NCBI RefSeq assembly: GCF_037042905.1
Contig: NC_087245.1
Location: 10,666,001 to 10,730,000 of the forward strand
Length of the DNA: 64,000 nucleotides
From: Lytechinus pictus
Taxonomy: Eukaryota
Reading direction: 5' to 3'
Positions within the stretch are counted from its first letter, which is position 1; each line of letters begins with the position of its first letter. Shown in pieces: positions 1 to 13,420 of this stretch. Under the pieces are notes generated by a model. That model saw only the letters and a program-made list of their open reading frames with translations. It made no database searches and was not told the DNA's origin. The translations under genes were made by a program, and so were the position numbers.

Positions 1-82
1 GGTAAAAAGTTTTATGCAACAGGCCCCAGATATATGAAGGCCTGGGCCCGTATTCCATAAACAAGATAAGCTTTTTGCTTAA

Positions 83-666
83 AGGAGAATGAAACCCTTG
101 AAACCAGCTGAATCCATATCAAAGAGAAATATCAAAGAAACATATTGTTGAAAGTTTGAGGAAGATTGAATGGATAATAAGAAAGTTATGAGCATTTGAA
201 TATTGAGATCACTAATGCCATGTAGATCCTCCCATTGGCAATGCGACCAAGATCTGTGATGTCACACACGTACAACTCCCTCATTGCTTTAGTACTTATT
301 TCACTTATATTCTCACTTTTATAGAATCTGTCACAAGGTGAGGTGTTCTCTTTATGAGAGGACAAGTACAGAGGTTTCACAACATTATATCATTGATGAA
401 TCGTTTGTCATATGATTAGAATGAGCAAAAAGAGATGTTTTGGGGTATATTTTCAGTGTCCAAAAGGGGAGAGTTGTTCATCTGTGATATCATAGATCTT
501 GGTTGCGTTGCCAATGGGAGGATCTCCATAGCATTAGTGATCTCGACATTCAAATGCTCATAACTCTTCTATTGCTAGTCCTATTTTACTCAAACTTTTG
601 TTGATCTTATTCTTTGATTTTTCTACTTTCACAAAAGCTAACTTGCTCCAAGAGTTTCATTCTCCT
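83..666. mobile_element. Kolobok-like MITE nested in the Harbinger element
   Basis: TTAA TSD at 79-82 and 667-670. TIRs aggagaatgaaac / gtttcattctcct. Long internal inverted arms at about 181-265 and 484-567. Confidence 0.85.
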
Positions 667-1939
667 TTAAGTCTTAGCAATTTGTCTTAGCATTTTGTTT
701 GTCTAAGAAAACTTCCCTAACGATATTTTATAAACTTTAAGACATTTCTCAGGTCAGGCGATATGGCTAAGCCAAAGTCTCAAATTCTATGACCTTCAGC
801 GACCTTCTCAATAATGAATTGCTGCAGGGGTGGCTGCAACAAACTTGCAAAAATGTCACTGAAGTTGTTTTTTCTTAAAAATCGGATTTTATTGAAACCA
901 ATTAGGATGGGGGGTCGGGTGTCCGGACACTTTATATTTTTGAAGCCTTCTTTTTTGTCTTTGGATTACACTAAAAATGTGAATTCAATAGTTGTAATCA
1001 TCTACTATTTTGTTCTCTATAATATTTCCTAACATTTTGTACTAAAAATTGATGAAACTTCGCTTGTCATTTTTTCCGGATGACTTTCTAAAATTGATCG
1101 TCCGGACACACAACCTGTCCGGACACACAACAACTGGGTATACAACGATTGTAGTAAGAGAAGAGCATTCATCAACCATATATGGTAAGAATTTTTTATT
1201 CAAATTATCTATATTTTTGTTAATCTCCAAAACATTTCAATCCCAAACCGAGTGACTTGCACAATTTTTTTGTGTATCAGTCCCATTTATTACTTTTCAT
1301 GTAGGCCTATTGTTTTGAAATATACATGTATATTGAATATATTCCTCTCGACATCTTTACTCTAACTTCAGTTTAAGTAGACCTAGGCCCCCAAAGGGAA
1401 AACCTTTTGAGACTAGTCTTGGGTCTAACATTAGGCCTAGATCTAGCCTAGGCCCAAGATCTATAATATCCGTCTGTTTGGAGGAGAATTTAACATTGTT
1501 TTGACTTTTTTATTTTCATGAAGGCTGCAAAACGTAACTTTGTTAGACTCTAGTGGCATGCCATATACATAGTGGAGCAACTATATCAATCTAGGTGTAC
1601 ATAGTAATAGGTCGAGATCTAGAGTAGAGACTTGTAGACTCTATCAAAATATAGATTTTAACGTTAGTTCTAAAAAATAAAATGTAGGCTAGTCTAGATC
1701 TATTCATCTAGGCCTGAAAAAGGAAGTAAGCTAGGGACCTAGCATTGGATTATGTCTAGGACTAAAGGATCTTGATTTAGGCTTACATCTAAAGCTAGGG
1801 GCTGTAGTTTGAGATCTAGAGGCCTAGCCCCTCCCCCCAAATATTAAAAACTAGAACCAAGCCCACAGCTACATGTAGTTCTCTATGTAGCCAAACAAAA
1901 GTTAGCATTGACCTTTGTCTTAATCTTATTTTGGCGTAG

Positions 1940-2860
1940 ATGTTTGTAGTTACCATACAAACACATGTTTTGATGAATGAGAAAATGTGTCTTGCAGATT
2001 ATTTTAGCTCAAAACCTACATTCCATGAGCATACAGGCCAATGTCATAAAATAAGAAGTAGTTCAATCCACATCATGCTGTTTACACATTTATTGATTTA
2101 CCATGGCAACACATTTTTCAATAAAGACTATGTCTTGCAGATCTATACCTCAAAATCAATGTGTGAGCCAACTTTTATAAGAACAGGTTGAAAACTAAAA
2201 ATGGGTTCAAAGTTCAAACCACAAGATTTTCACCTAATTTCGATATATAATATGTTGTTACCTTGGCAACACGACTTTTGATACAGGCAAAAATATGTCT
2301 TAGACATCTTCAACTCAAGACTAATGTGTATGCCAAATTTTTAGGAGAATAGACCAGTTGAAAACTGATAAAGTAGTTCAATCACAAGATTTTCATTTAT
2401 TTTTGGTATTTTATTTGTTACCATGGCAACACGATATTTTTTATATAGGCATAAAATATGTTTTGCACATCTTCACATCAAGACTAATATTTGTGCCACA
2501 TTTCATGAAAATTTGTTAAAAACTGAGGAAGTAATTGGAACAGCAAGATTTATACATAATTTTTGCCATAATATACCGTTACCATGGCAACAAAATTTCC
2601 GACACATGCAAAAATGTGTCTTACACATCATTTCCTCAAATCCAATGTGTGAGCCAACTTTCATGAGAATTGGTAGAAAACTAATGAAGTATTTTAAACG
2701 GCAAAATTTTGGCCATAATATATTGTTACCATGGCAACACAATTTCTGAAAAAGAAAAAAAAGAAAAAATCTTTCACCTCCTTACCTTAAGACCAATGTG
2801 TGTTCCAAATTTCATGAAAATCGGTTTAAAAATGAGGTAGGAGCTCGAAATGCAATATAG
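1940..2860. repeat. Degenerate ~160-bp tandem repeat inside the Harbinger element
   Basis: (g)ttaccatggcaac recurs at 2097, 2257, 2417, 2578 and 2725, together with a recurring aatgtgtgagccaactttcatga-like motif. Confidence 0.75.
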
Positions 2861-3304
2861 GTGTAAATTCTAAAATTTTGTTGGCTGAAATTGCCTTGAA
2901 ACTACAACAATTAAGACAGCTCACAACCGTCTTAAAGTTAGGGCTAAATTCTTAGCCATGTTGTATTTATGAAATACAGAATCTACAGTTTTAAGAAAAG
3001 TTACTTAGCCATTCATCCTATATCTGTCTTAGTTGCGCAAAACCTCTTAGCAAAATTCTAAGACAAAATTCTTAGCCAATTCTTTATGGAATACGCGTTT
3101 TGGCTAAGAATTTTATCTTAGACAGAAAATAAGACAAAATGCTTAGATTTTTTACTTAAGCATGCTTATCTCGTTTATGGAATACGGGCCCTGGTCCCAC
3201 TGGCCGACAGACACAAAACGTATTCATAACGGATACAGCAAAATTTCGGGTTGGCTCCATCGTTTTCATCCGCTCCAGACAATGGACAAAATGGGCGAAC
3301 AATG

Positions 3305-5015
3305 CACTGGCGTAAATCCGTGTTGATGGGTGGGGGGGGGGGGGATGACTGAAATTTTTATTTTATTTTTTTATTGCAATCATGTTTGTAGATATACAAG
3401 GAATTGTCATTGATATGTCCACAGTGGCGTACCGTGGGTCACGACATTGGGGAGGGGGGCACCAGCAAAATGTTTGAATCACTGAGTGAGTGCGCTCAGT
3501 TGCCAGTTATACTGACCTAATAGAGACATTTTTTGGACAATGTCATTAAATGGATATGCATCTCACTGATCAAATAATGCGAGCGCGAAGCGCGAGCTGA
3601 TTTTTTTTTATACTCACACCTAAAAAGAGACATATAATCAAATTTGTGTAATCATGATAGGTACCTGTCTCGCTAAACAATACGAGCGCGAAGCGCGAGC
3701 TGAAGTTTTCGTATATTTTGACCCCAAACAGCGAGATTTTGAGGAATATATTTTAGGAATCCATTAAGAGTATGCATATCTCACCATAGTCATCTAATGC
3801 GAGTGCCAAGCGCTTGCTGGTTTATAAGAATTACATCTGAACACATGAAACACTTTTTGTAGTCATTGCAATCATGATTATCATACGCATCTCACTAATC
3901 AAATATTGCGAGCGCGAAGCGCGAGCTGAAAATTTAGATAATTCAGACCTGAAGTGGGGAATTCTAAGGTTTCTTTGTAGGAATTAACTAGGACCATACG
4001 TATTTCAATATCCAAATGATGCGAGCGCGAAGCGCGAGCTGAAAATTTTTGATATTCAGATCAGAAGAAGGGACATTTTAAGGACTAATTTTAGGAATTC
4101 ATGAAGAGCAGACATATCTCACCAATCCACTAATTCGAACGTAATCACGGACAGGAAATGTTCCATATATACGAAGACCTTAACATGGGGCAATCACTTT
4201 TTGAGTCATGAAAAAGAAGCATATGTCACTACATAAAACAATGATAACTCAAGTGCTAGGAAATATATTTGGTTTATATTGACTTGAAAACGGGATGTTT
4301 CAGTACAACAAGATTATATATCTCATTAACAGACAATGCAAGCACCAGGAACAATGAAGACGTAGGCCCTGGGCAAATTATGTTTCATGAAGTTATGATA
4401 AAAATGTTTCTTATGCAATGTAACATAACATAATTATAATATAACATTATAATGAATAATATTTTCTTCTTTCCCACTATACGCTTCTCTTCCTTTCTCC
4501 CTCTTTTCTCCTTTTCCCCTTTTCCCCGTTTTTTTGGTCAGCCGATGGGGGGCAAATGCCCCCCCCCTGTAGTTACGCCACTGTATGTCCATATGGCAAA
4601 TACCCCTCCAATATTATTATCTTTTTTACCCCATAATGGTTTAATGGTTTTATTAGAGATTACATCAAAAAAGAATTGACATTCCATCTTAATCCCTTCC
4701 CAAAGACCCCAACATTGATGAATTGGAAGAAACGGGAGTTTCTCTTCAATGTTATAATAAGGACATAAGTATTTCGTTTGGAAATGGTGAACTGGCTCTT
4801 TATTTGCATTTTATGATTCAATAATATTGTTTTATTTGTTAAGCGGTATTTCAGGAAGAATTTTCACTAATAAAACAATTATCTCTTGTTTTTTTTTTTC
4901 ATTTCTTTCGTAAAAACTGGGGGGGGGGGGATGTTTGTACAGGCCATCCCCCCTCCTCGAAAAGTGGGGGGGGGGGATATATATCCCCCCATCCCCCCCG
5001 GGATTTACGCCAGTG
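3305..5015. mobile_element. Non-autonomous hAT element
   Basis: TIRs cactggcgtaaatcc / ggatttacgccagtg. Perfect 8-bp TSD gaacaatg at 3297-3304 and 5016-5023. Confidence 0.9.
3422..4583. mobile_element. Non-autonomous hAT element nested in another hAT
   Basis: TIRs cagtggcgta / tacgccactg. Perfect 8-bp TSD tatgtcca at 3414-3421 and 4584-4591. Internal repeats carry gcgagcgcgaagcgcgagc. Confidence 0.9.
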
Positions 5016-5369
5016 GAACAATGAAATCACAGTGGACGGATGCTCGATGGACATAGAGCGTATGAAACATACACAACGGATACATAACTTTTTCCAGCGG
5101 ATGGCAAGATTCTTTTCCGTTTTACATCCTCTCTGCATCCGCAAGTGTAGTTGGACCAAGCCTTAATGAGTGAGACATCATCAATAGGTTATCACTTCCA
5201 TTATCTGAAATACTTTACCAATCCCCCCCCCAAAAAAAATGTATGTATATATCCTTTTGTTTGAATGAGCTATTAAATTAAACCTGCACCATTACAGATT
5301 TATGTAACAATTAGCTATCCATAATTAAACCACAACCTTAGAAGAATTGAATTTAAACCCAAATTCAGT

Positions 5370-6216
5370 ATACGGGCCTATTTGTTGAGGGAGGAATGCC
5401 CTCTACCCTACTTTCTCTAGGGTTTTATTTCGGAAAAGTTTGATTTGTGTTTTAAATGACAAAAATATGAACTTATCTTGCCCTTTTAATTTCGTGCAGT
5501 TTATATTACAATTTTTCTTATATTTTCTAGAAATTTCTTTTTAACTTGTTTCCTTGCCCAAAACACTTCGAAGAGTGCATTGCGCCCCACCGAGGCCATC
5601 GTGACGATATTTGCTTTGCACTGAGCTGTGATTTACATGAAATGGCTTAGGCTTGATTTTCATTTTGTTAATCATTGTCAAGCTTGGAAAAAGTGTGGAG
5701 AAACAAGTATTAAATGAAAAATGAAATGTAAACCCACTTTAAATGATAAAAACTTAGTGAAAAAAATGCTGGAGATGTCTGATATAAACTTTTGTTCAGA
5801 TTCAGTTATGTCCTCAGATCCAGCTGGCACAAAAGGGTCAATGTTGTGCTTACTAAGTGTTGAAATTTCAATTTGGGTGGCAAAATTGTTGTAAAATCCC
5901 TGAATGTATCCGTTTTATTTCACTTGACTAGAAGTGCTAGGGAAATGTATGAAAAATGTTTCGCAGGGGTAAGATTGATTTTGCCCTTTCTCCTTGACAC
6001 ATCGTGAAAACGAGCATTTCTGCGAAAACAGATTTCTGCGAGCTTTACAAAAATGGACAGTGCTCACTCAAGTGTAATATTCTGTCAAAACTTTTACTTT
6101 CATTGGATAGATGAGATCCTAACCCAAGATTACATGTGGAAAAATTACCCACATGTTGCATATTTTTTAATTCCCAGGGCTTTTTCAAAGTGTAAACTTT
6201 TTTTTGATACGCACTG
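5370..6216. mobile_element. One-ended Tc1/mariner-like element remnant
   Basis: Ends in tttttgatacgcactg followed by TA, like the TIR of the adjacent element. The left end was not found, so the start coordinate is approximate. Confidence 0.5.
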
Positions 6217-6249
6217 TATAATCACACCCAGTCGCAAGACTGGTCTATA

Positions 6250-7539
6250 CAGTGCGTATAAAAAAAAACGGGACAGATTTGAAAAGTCTATAAAATTTTT
6301 GTTTCAAATTATGATGTCTTTATTTTAGTGTTAATAGGTGCTCTGTAGTCTCATCTTTCAAATGCCGTTAAAAAAAAATTAGTTTCGTTCATGCTTGAGC
6401 GAACAAGGAATGTTTTTGTCTGGGGTTAAAAAGGAAGCTTAAAATGATAAATATGATGATCGGACTTTTTGCTATTCAGCAGACTTCCTTTTGACATTTT
6501 CATTATATTTGCCATAATTTTTGAATTATGCGGTCGAAATTCATTTTCAAATCTGTTTATTTGCTTGAATTGTTCTGTTGCTGTTACTCTTTAATATGTT
6601 CTCTTTTAGCTTTGAATATTCCTTCTTTAAGCAAAAACAAACATTTTTCAACCGAAGTATGGGAGAGCGTGTATTTTTTTTCAAATCCTTTCATTGCGTG
6701 CTGCAAAGGTTATGGTGCCTTTGAACAGTGACATGCAGATGGACGGGACTCGGGGGTGCCCCCCCTTCAATAAAAGAAAGAAAAAAAGTTGAAAGGAAAG
6801 ATAGAAAGTGAAATATGATTTATTTTCTAAATATTATGTCAAAATCTATCACAAAATTCGGAATTTTAAGAAAAAAGTGGAGATTTTTGCGTGATCGCTT
6901 CGCTCGCAACTTTTTAAAACATGTTATCCCATCTGCCATATCTAGCTCCTTCCAAATTGACTCAATACACCATTGTCTTTCCGTTCGTCCTGTCAAGCAC
7001 ATAATTAAACTTGGTCAAGGGATCAATAACCCCTTGAAAATAGGATTCATGTTTTAAAGGTACCATAACATAATTCGTTTCACATAAAAATGAATTTGAA
7101 TAATTACAAGTTTTCCAATTAAATGCGAATCTTCTTGCTTGGGTTGTGTTTTTCTTACTTATGAAGGAAAATTCAAAGGTAAAAGAAGATTAAATGAAAA
7201 AACAAAATAATTCAAGTAAATAAATAAATTTGTAAATGAAATTTGACAGCATAATTTGAAAATCGTGGCAAAGATACTGAAAAGGTTAAATGGAAGTCTG
7301 CTGATTAGCACGAAGTCTGATCATCAAATTTCAAATTTCTGCCATTTTGGCGCAAGCTTCTTTTTGAATCCCCGATAAAAACGTACCGTATTCGCTCAAG
7401 CATGAACAAAATTTTTTTGAATGGCATTTCAAAGATAAGATTTGAGAGCATCTATTAACATCAAAATATAGATGTCATAATTTGAAACAAATTTGTTATA
7501 GACTTTTCAAAACTGTCCCGTTTTTTTTTATACGCACTG
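6250..7539. mobile_element. Tc1/mariner-type MITE
   Basis: TA TSD on both sides. TIRs cagtgcgtataaaaaaaaacgggacag / ctgtcccgtttttttttatacgcactg, extending imperfectly for more than 200 bp. Confidence 0.88.
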
Positions 7540-7594
7540 TATAGGTCGCTAACACGTTCAAGTCCTGAACACATTCCCGCGAACGCTCATTTGC

Positions 7595-8773
7595 GACGGT
7601 AGTTGATTTTGGAAGAGACTTTTGGGCCCGTCGTCATTGTCGTAAAACTCTGTCCTGCAATGCAAATTGTGTGACATGATATTTTTTTTCGTTTCGCATC
7701 TGGAACGGAAACATTCAATCTTCGTTTCGTGTGCAAAATTCTGGTTGCTACTATGGTAACAGCGATATATCCGATTTAGGACGACTTTCAAAAGCCACAT
7801 TTGGTTCCTCCCAGAGCTCGAAAGGCCGCCCGGGGGGCCAACTTCCATTGAAGAGTGGATACCAGGCGCGACCACGCATAAAAAGGGAAAGAGTGGGCAA
7901 GTCCGTTACGTATAGGTCTATGTAACGTTATAAGGGTGTCAAAAACGTTGTTTAAAATACTGAAAGGAGGATATCTTTTCAATACTCGTAGGGTTTCACA
8001 AGCTAAATACTTGTTAAGAGATGCATTTTTGTAATCTGGAAAAGCCTTGCTTGTTTAGGGTGCTTTTCGAAACTGCATAGTCGTGCCTGGTATCCACTCA
8101 CCAATGGAAGTGGTCCCCCCGGGAATTTGAATCTAATCCCCCATTTCTGGGGAAAGTAAAACATAATGCCCATTACATTGTGTGCTAGAGGCATATCGTT
8201 TGTGTAGAAGGAGTAAACAAAAGAAAAAACCCGCAAAATCGACTGAAGTCCAGACGAATTTGGCCTACTGCATGCTGTGTACATAATCAGTGCATGCGAA
8301 ATGGTTTCGGCTGGAGAGGTGATTTGACCCATTGAATCAATTGCCAGAGATCCACCAATAATCCACATTAAATGCAATATCGATTCGATGGACTGTAATG
8401 ATCTATATCTAAGCCTTAATTCAGTAACTTTTTCCTCACTCAATATGTACTTGATTTGTTTGAAAAACCACTTTCTTATCCATGTCATAATCTATTGTAG
8501 GTCCTGCATTTCGAATATCTCCAGCCATCAGTCGTAATGTACATGCATGTATGGTGCGAGTGTCGCGGGAAAGAATTTTGCACACGAAAAGCAGATCTGT
8601 AGGGCCCCCTGTAACCCCCTGTAACACAAGCTTAGCATTGATTGTAGAACAGTTTTCTACGTTTGATTGTATTGACTATAATGTACAATCAATCTTAAAA
8701 ATCAAGTGTATGATTAAGCGTAACTTTTGTGTTAGGGGACCCTAATATTAGCGTCCGTGAGGATTGCGAAAGG
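7595..8773 (+). repeat. Dispersed ~1.2-kb composite repeat, copy 1 (copy 2 at about 29271-30510)
   Basis: Colinear high similarity from gacggtagttgattttggaagag to cgtccgtgaggattgcgaaaggt. Confidence 0.85.
7829..8123. mobile_element. CCC...GGG-ended MITE inside the composite repeat
   Basis: Imperfect TIRs cccggggggccaacttccattgaagagtggataccaggc / gcctggtatccactcaccaatggaagtggtccccccggg. Confidence 0.7.
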
Positions 8774-9719
8774 TCCCAATTTGTAACTGTTGTACGACCT
8801 CCAGTCGACTAAATGCGACTTCTTAGTTGTGCCACCTCTCGCATCAAGTCGTAAAACCTTGAACAACACTCACACGATGATCGCCCGACCGATGGTACTA
8901 TCTGATGCGAGTGAATCGATCGTGTTTGGATTTTGAACATGTTCAAAGTTCAGATGCGACCAGTCACGACTCACGACCACCTCGGGTTCGTGCGATCGTC
9001 TACAACGAGTGCTAGTGCTCGCAAGACACCAAGAGATCGATCGTGCAACAACAACAAAAACAAAACTGTTGCAGGCGGTCGTAAACTGGTCGTACGTCAA
9101 TTAAGAAAGGAGCTTACAAGACTTGTCAGACGTTTTATCCGACTAGTCCTGTTTTATCCGACATTTACCACAGTAACAGTGCTTCTCCCCCAATCAAAAT
9201 CAAGGAAAGCTGTCAGATCTAACTACTTGTCAGACAAAAATGTTGATAAAACGCTCTCCTGACTTCTATTATGTAAGCTGGATGCGTGTATATTCATTTT
9301 TGAAATACCAAATGCATAAAAAAGAAAAGAAAAGAAAAACATTAAAGGGGTGTTCCGCGCTGAAAATATTTATATCTAAATAAATAGAGTAAAATCCACA
9401 AAGCAAAATGCTAAAAATTTCAATAAAATCGGATAACAAATAACAAAGTTATTGAATTTTAAATTGTATCAATATTTTGTGATAACAGTTATATGCACAT
9501 TGTCATGAATATTCATAAGGTTGGCTGATGATTTTAACAATGACGTAAACACGTTAATCCGTTCGTTCAGTGCAAAATGAAAAATAATGGAATTCTTTAA
9601 TTATAATCTTTGGTATAGGATTGCAATTTATTTTGGAATTAATCAATATCACCTCTCATGTTGATATGGTCGACACCCAATTATATTTTCAATGATTTTA
9701 ATTACAAACATCATGTCAT

Positions 9720-12700
9720 TGATTGATTTTATTCGTCAAGAATATCAAAGGAGATTACAATGAAATTGAAGAATACCTTGACAGGATAGCCCATGAAAGC
9801 CGAAAGGCTTATTTCCAATGGGGTCCTATAGTTAGTATAAAACATTAACACATTGTAACAAAAAGTATAAACTACGACAAGTACTGGAATATGGTTAAAA
9901 AAAATAATAAAATACATATATACATATCCATCAGTCAAATAATTTGCAAACATCTGAAGCAAACAACAATCTTCCTAATATATGAAACAAGATTATATTT
10001 TAACTTACCCTACATTATCTACAATACTAGAACCAAACTGTACAAAATGTGTGATTTTACTGGTAATACTGCTCTCGAGTAGCTTCCAGTTTTAGGTGCT
10101 TCTTTAATGCACTCTGAAATTGAGAAAATATTTTAACTGCTTTTACTTGATTAGGAAGAGCATTCCAAGATTGGATGCCATTAAAATAAAAAGTGTTCCC
10201 TATATGTCCTTCACGTTTTGGTAATACAAAATTAGAATTAGTATTTCGAGTATCGTACCTATGGATATTTGATACACGGGTGAAATTATTTGCTATATGA
10301 TGATCTAATGTATCCGAATAGAATATTTTATGCACGTGCATGGTGTAATACTAATTGTTGTGATCTGTGATCTGCATGAAGTAATCCTGCCTTTTCAAGT
10401 TCATTACATCCGACATGTGCTCTTGGTCCTAAAACATTTATGTATCTCACAATTTTATTTTGAATTATTCTTAGCTTTTTCTTATCCGTAACACCCAGAC
10501 TACCGTACCAAGCCGCAGTAGCATAGTCGAATATACATTGTATTAAAGCAAAGCATAAAATACGTCTAGACTTCATATTCAAACAGGTTTGATATCTATA
10601 CAAAAATTTTAAGCGTAAATTTGCCTTTTTGACGATTGAGTCTACCAAACCCGTCCATGATAGGTTACTTGTTAAATTAATTCCCAAATATTTCACTGAA
10701 TCTTTTCTGTCAATTACCTGATTATTATATGAAACCTTGAAATCGTGTGTATATCTTAACTTTCGTTTCGAACAAAATAAAATGCTTTCTGTTTTCCCAA
10801 CGTGTAAACTAAGCTTATTGTCAGACATCCATTCAATGCAATTTGCCAAGTTTTTTATCAATTATCTTGGGATTTGTATCTGAATATAGCAAGACACTAT
10901 CATCAGCATATAAAATTAATTTAGATTCGTTAATACAAGTACACATATCATTGATGTAAGACATAAAAAGAATGGGGCCTAAAATGCTTCCTTGAGGGAC
11001 TCCGCATTTAATAGGCAGTGAATCAGAAAGAACCGTCTACATGGTAACTACTTGATGACGGTTAGATAAATATGATCTAGACCATGTCACACATGCAGAG
11101 TCTAAACCCATCACTTCTAATTTCTTTAAAAGTACGTTATGATTTACAGTATCAAAGGCTTTTTGTAAGTCTAGGAGAACCATTCCAACCATGCGCCTAT
11201 GTGAAATTTCGTTCCTGATAAAATCTGTTAAATGTATTAAACAAGTTTCAGTGGAATATCCGTTACGAAAGCCGGACTGAAATTTATATATTAGCTTGGT
11301 TTCTTGAAAGTATTTCTCCACTTGAGCATGAACAGATTTTTCCAAGACACTACACTTAATACACTTATAGGCCTATAATTACTAACGTCAATTTTATCTT
11401 TCTTTTTATGTAGCGGGGTAACTTTTTGCAAATTTCATATCATCGGGAAAGGTAGAAGACATAAGAGATAAATTAATAACATAATTCAAAGGTTTGTACA
11501 AATTTCTTGCCCCATCTTTTAAAAATCTTGCAGATATCATATCTAGACCAGTACTTTTTGATATTTTCAACCTATTTAGTTTATCTAAAACAAATTTTTC
11601 TGGAACAGGGGAAAAATGAAAACTACCTTTTGAAATACCCTTTTCTTCATAAAACTTTTGAAATTGGTGACTTTCTGCATGAAATTTGTTTGTATTTAGT
11701 GGTAATTTACAAACTAGCTTGTCGGCCACAGTCGTAAAATAACGATTAAACTCATTTGCAATTTTAGCCTTATCATGACTTAATTCACCTTGCACATTAA
11801 TAACCGTTTTTTGATCAGATTTCCCTTTACTTTTTAGACCTAAACCTTTCAAATTCTTCCACAATTTTCTAGAGTCATGTTTGTTTTCTTCGATTTGTTC
11901 TTGAAAGTATTCGTTTTTGGCACTTCTTACCTTCCTTTGAACTAAATTCCTTAAAACTTTATATTTTCTTTCATGGTCTAAATTGCCAATGTTCCTATTC
12001 ATACTTTTGTAAGCTACATTTCTCTTTTTAATTAAAACAATAATTTCATGGTTCATCCATTTTTCAGTTGATTGCTTAATTCTTACCTCTTTCAGAGGTG
12101 CGCTCATATTTATTACTGATAAGAATATAGATTTAAAAATTTCCCAAGCCATATTTACATCGTTACATTCAGTTACCTTGGACCAGTCTGATCGGGATAA
12201 CTTTAAGTTGAAATTATCTACATTATAACCTTTTAATCTCCTGATGGATACAGTTCTATGGTGCCAAAATACGGGCCTAACAATCTTTCTTGAACAATAA
12301 ATTAATAAATGATCACTTATACCTAGGTCAATAACATCACTTTGTCTATTATGCTCTACTTTACTACATAATATGTGATCTATCAGGGAGGAAGATGTCT
12401 GAGTTGTACGTGTGGGTAGCTTTACAGGTTGGCTTAAACCACTTAGATTAAGTATATTATCATATTTCTGGGATAAAGGAGACTTTTTCGAAAGGCAAAT
12501 ATTCATGTCCCCTAAGACTATAATCTCAACATCTTTTAAATTTTTTTCTAAAGTGTCAGAGAGTGATTCAATGAAATTATCATCTATAGAGGGTCTGTAA
12601 AGAGCACCCAGTGTAATGGGCTTTGCCCGAGGCAATAGAATATCGATCCACAATGATTCAATATTTCTTGAAGTCAAGTCTTCTCTTATATTAAATGCAA

Positions 12701-12790
12701 TGTCGTTTCTTATGTAGAGACAAACACCACCACCTAGCCTACATTCACGATCGTTACGTAATATACAGTATCCAGCTATACATACCTCTT
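9720..12790 (-). mobile_element. 5'-truncated, frameshifted CR1/L2-group LINE (APE endonuclease plus reverse transcriptase)
   Basis: Endonuclease motifs RNDR..GGGVCLYI, GDMNI, SLIDHI and SDH. RT motifs QSGFR, LDLQKAFDTVNH, GVPQGSILGP (about 10975-11004), YADD (10899-10910) and KYLGI. 3' UTR ends in aataaa followed by (atca)n near 9720. Several frameshifts. Confidence 0.93.
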
Positions 12791-12899
12791 GCTAACCACC
12801 GACCTTTCCATTGGTTGGTCGTATTTTCAGTAGACATTTTATTTTTGTTAATTTTTTTTGTTCTGAAATGAAATGACTAAAATAGGATAAAATGAATAA

Positions 12900-13420
12900 A
12901 TTGATTTCAATATTGCAACCAGTGAGTGTGTTTACACATGTTACAAATAAATTGTTCATGTCAAAAACTGGGGAGAATGATTGGTTATATTGCACGGCTG
13001 AAGCATTTTGTAAATTTGTCAGGATTGAAGTTCTATAGCTCAATAATGTTACCTCATTTTGATTATGGTGACATTATCTACCAATCTTCAAACAAATCTC
13101 TGCTTGACCAACTTCAAACAAATCAAAATAAAGCTGGAAGAATACTCTTGAAAATTGAACCCTATTCACACACTTCTACCTCTCAAATTCATTCTATTCT
13201 GGGTTGGGACACTATTCAAAAGAGACAGCATACTCACTTGATATTATTCATGTATAAGACTAGTAACAACATGACAACTGAATATATAAAAAAGGTGTTT
13301 CATACAAAATCTACTCAATACCCTCTTAGAAATGAAAATAATATATATTTTCCCAGAACCAATAGTTGTAAAAGATATTTCCCTTGCAGAGCTGCCTCTA
13401 AATTTAACATAATCCCTTTT
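12900..13420 (+). mobile_element. CR1/L2-group LINE ORF2 C-terminal fragment
   Basis: The ORF reads FYSSIMLPHFDYGDIIY...LQTNQNKAGRIL...LGWDTIQKR, typical post-RT LINE sequence. Confidence 0.85.

Larger units (their letters stand above)
45..3190. mobile_element. Non-autonomous PIF/Harbinger-type DNA transposon
   Basis: TIRs ggcccgtattccataaacaagataagc / gcttatctcgtttatggaatacgggcc. 3-bp CTG TSD at 42-44 and 3191-3193 (CWG target). No transposase ORF. Confidence 0.85.
38..5163. mobile_element. Small PIF/Harbinger-like MITE split by nested insertions
   Basis: The left end, rebuilt across the 45-3190 insertion, is aggcctggtcccact. The right end agttggaccaagcct (rc aggcttggtccaact) matches 13/15. 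Flanks are tga/taa, an imperfect TWA-type TSD. Confidence 0.55.
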
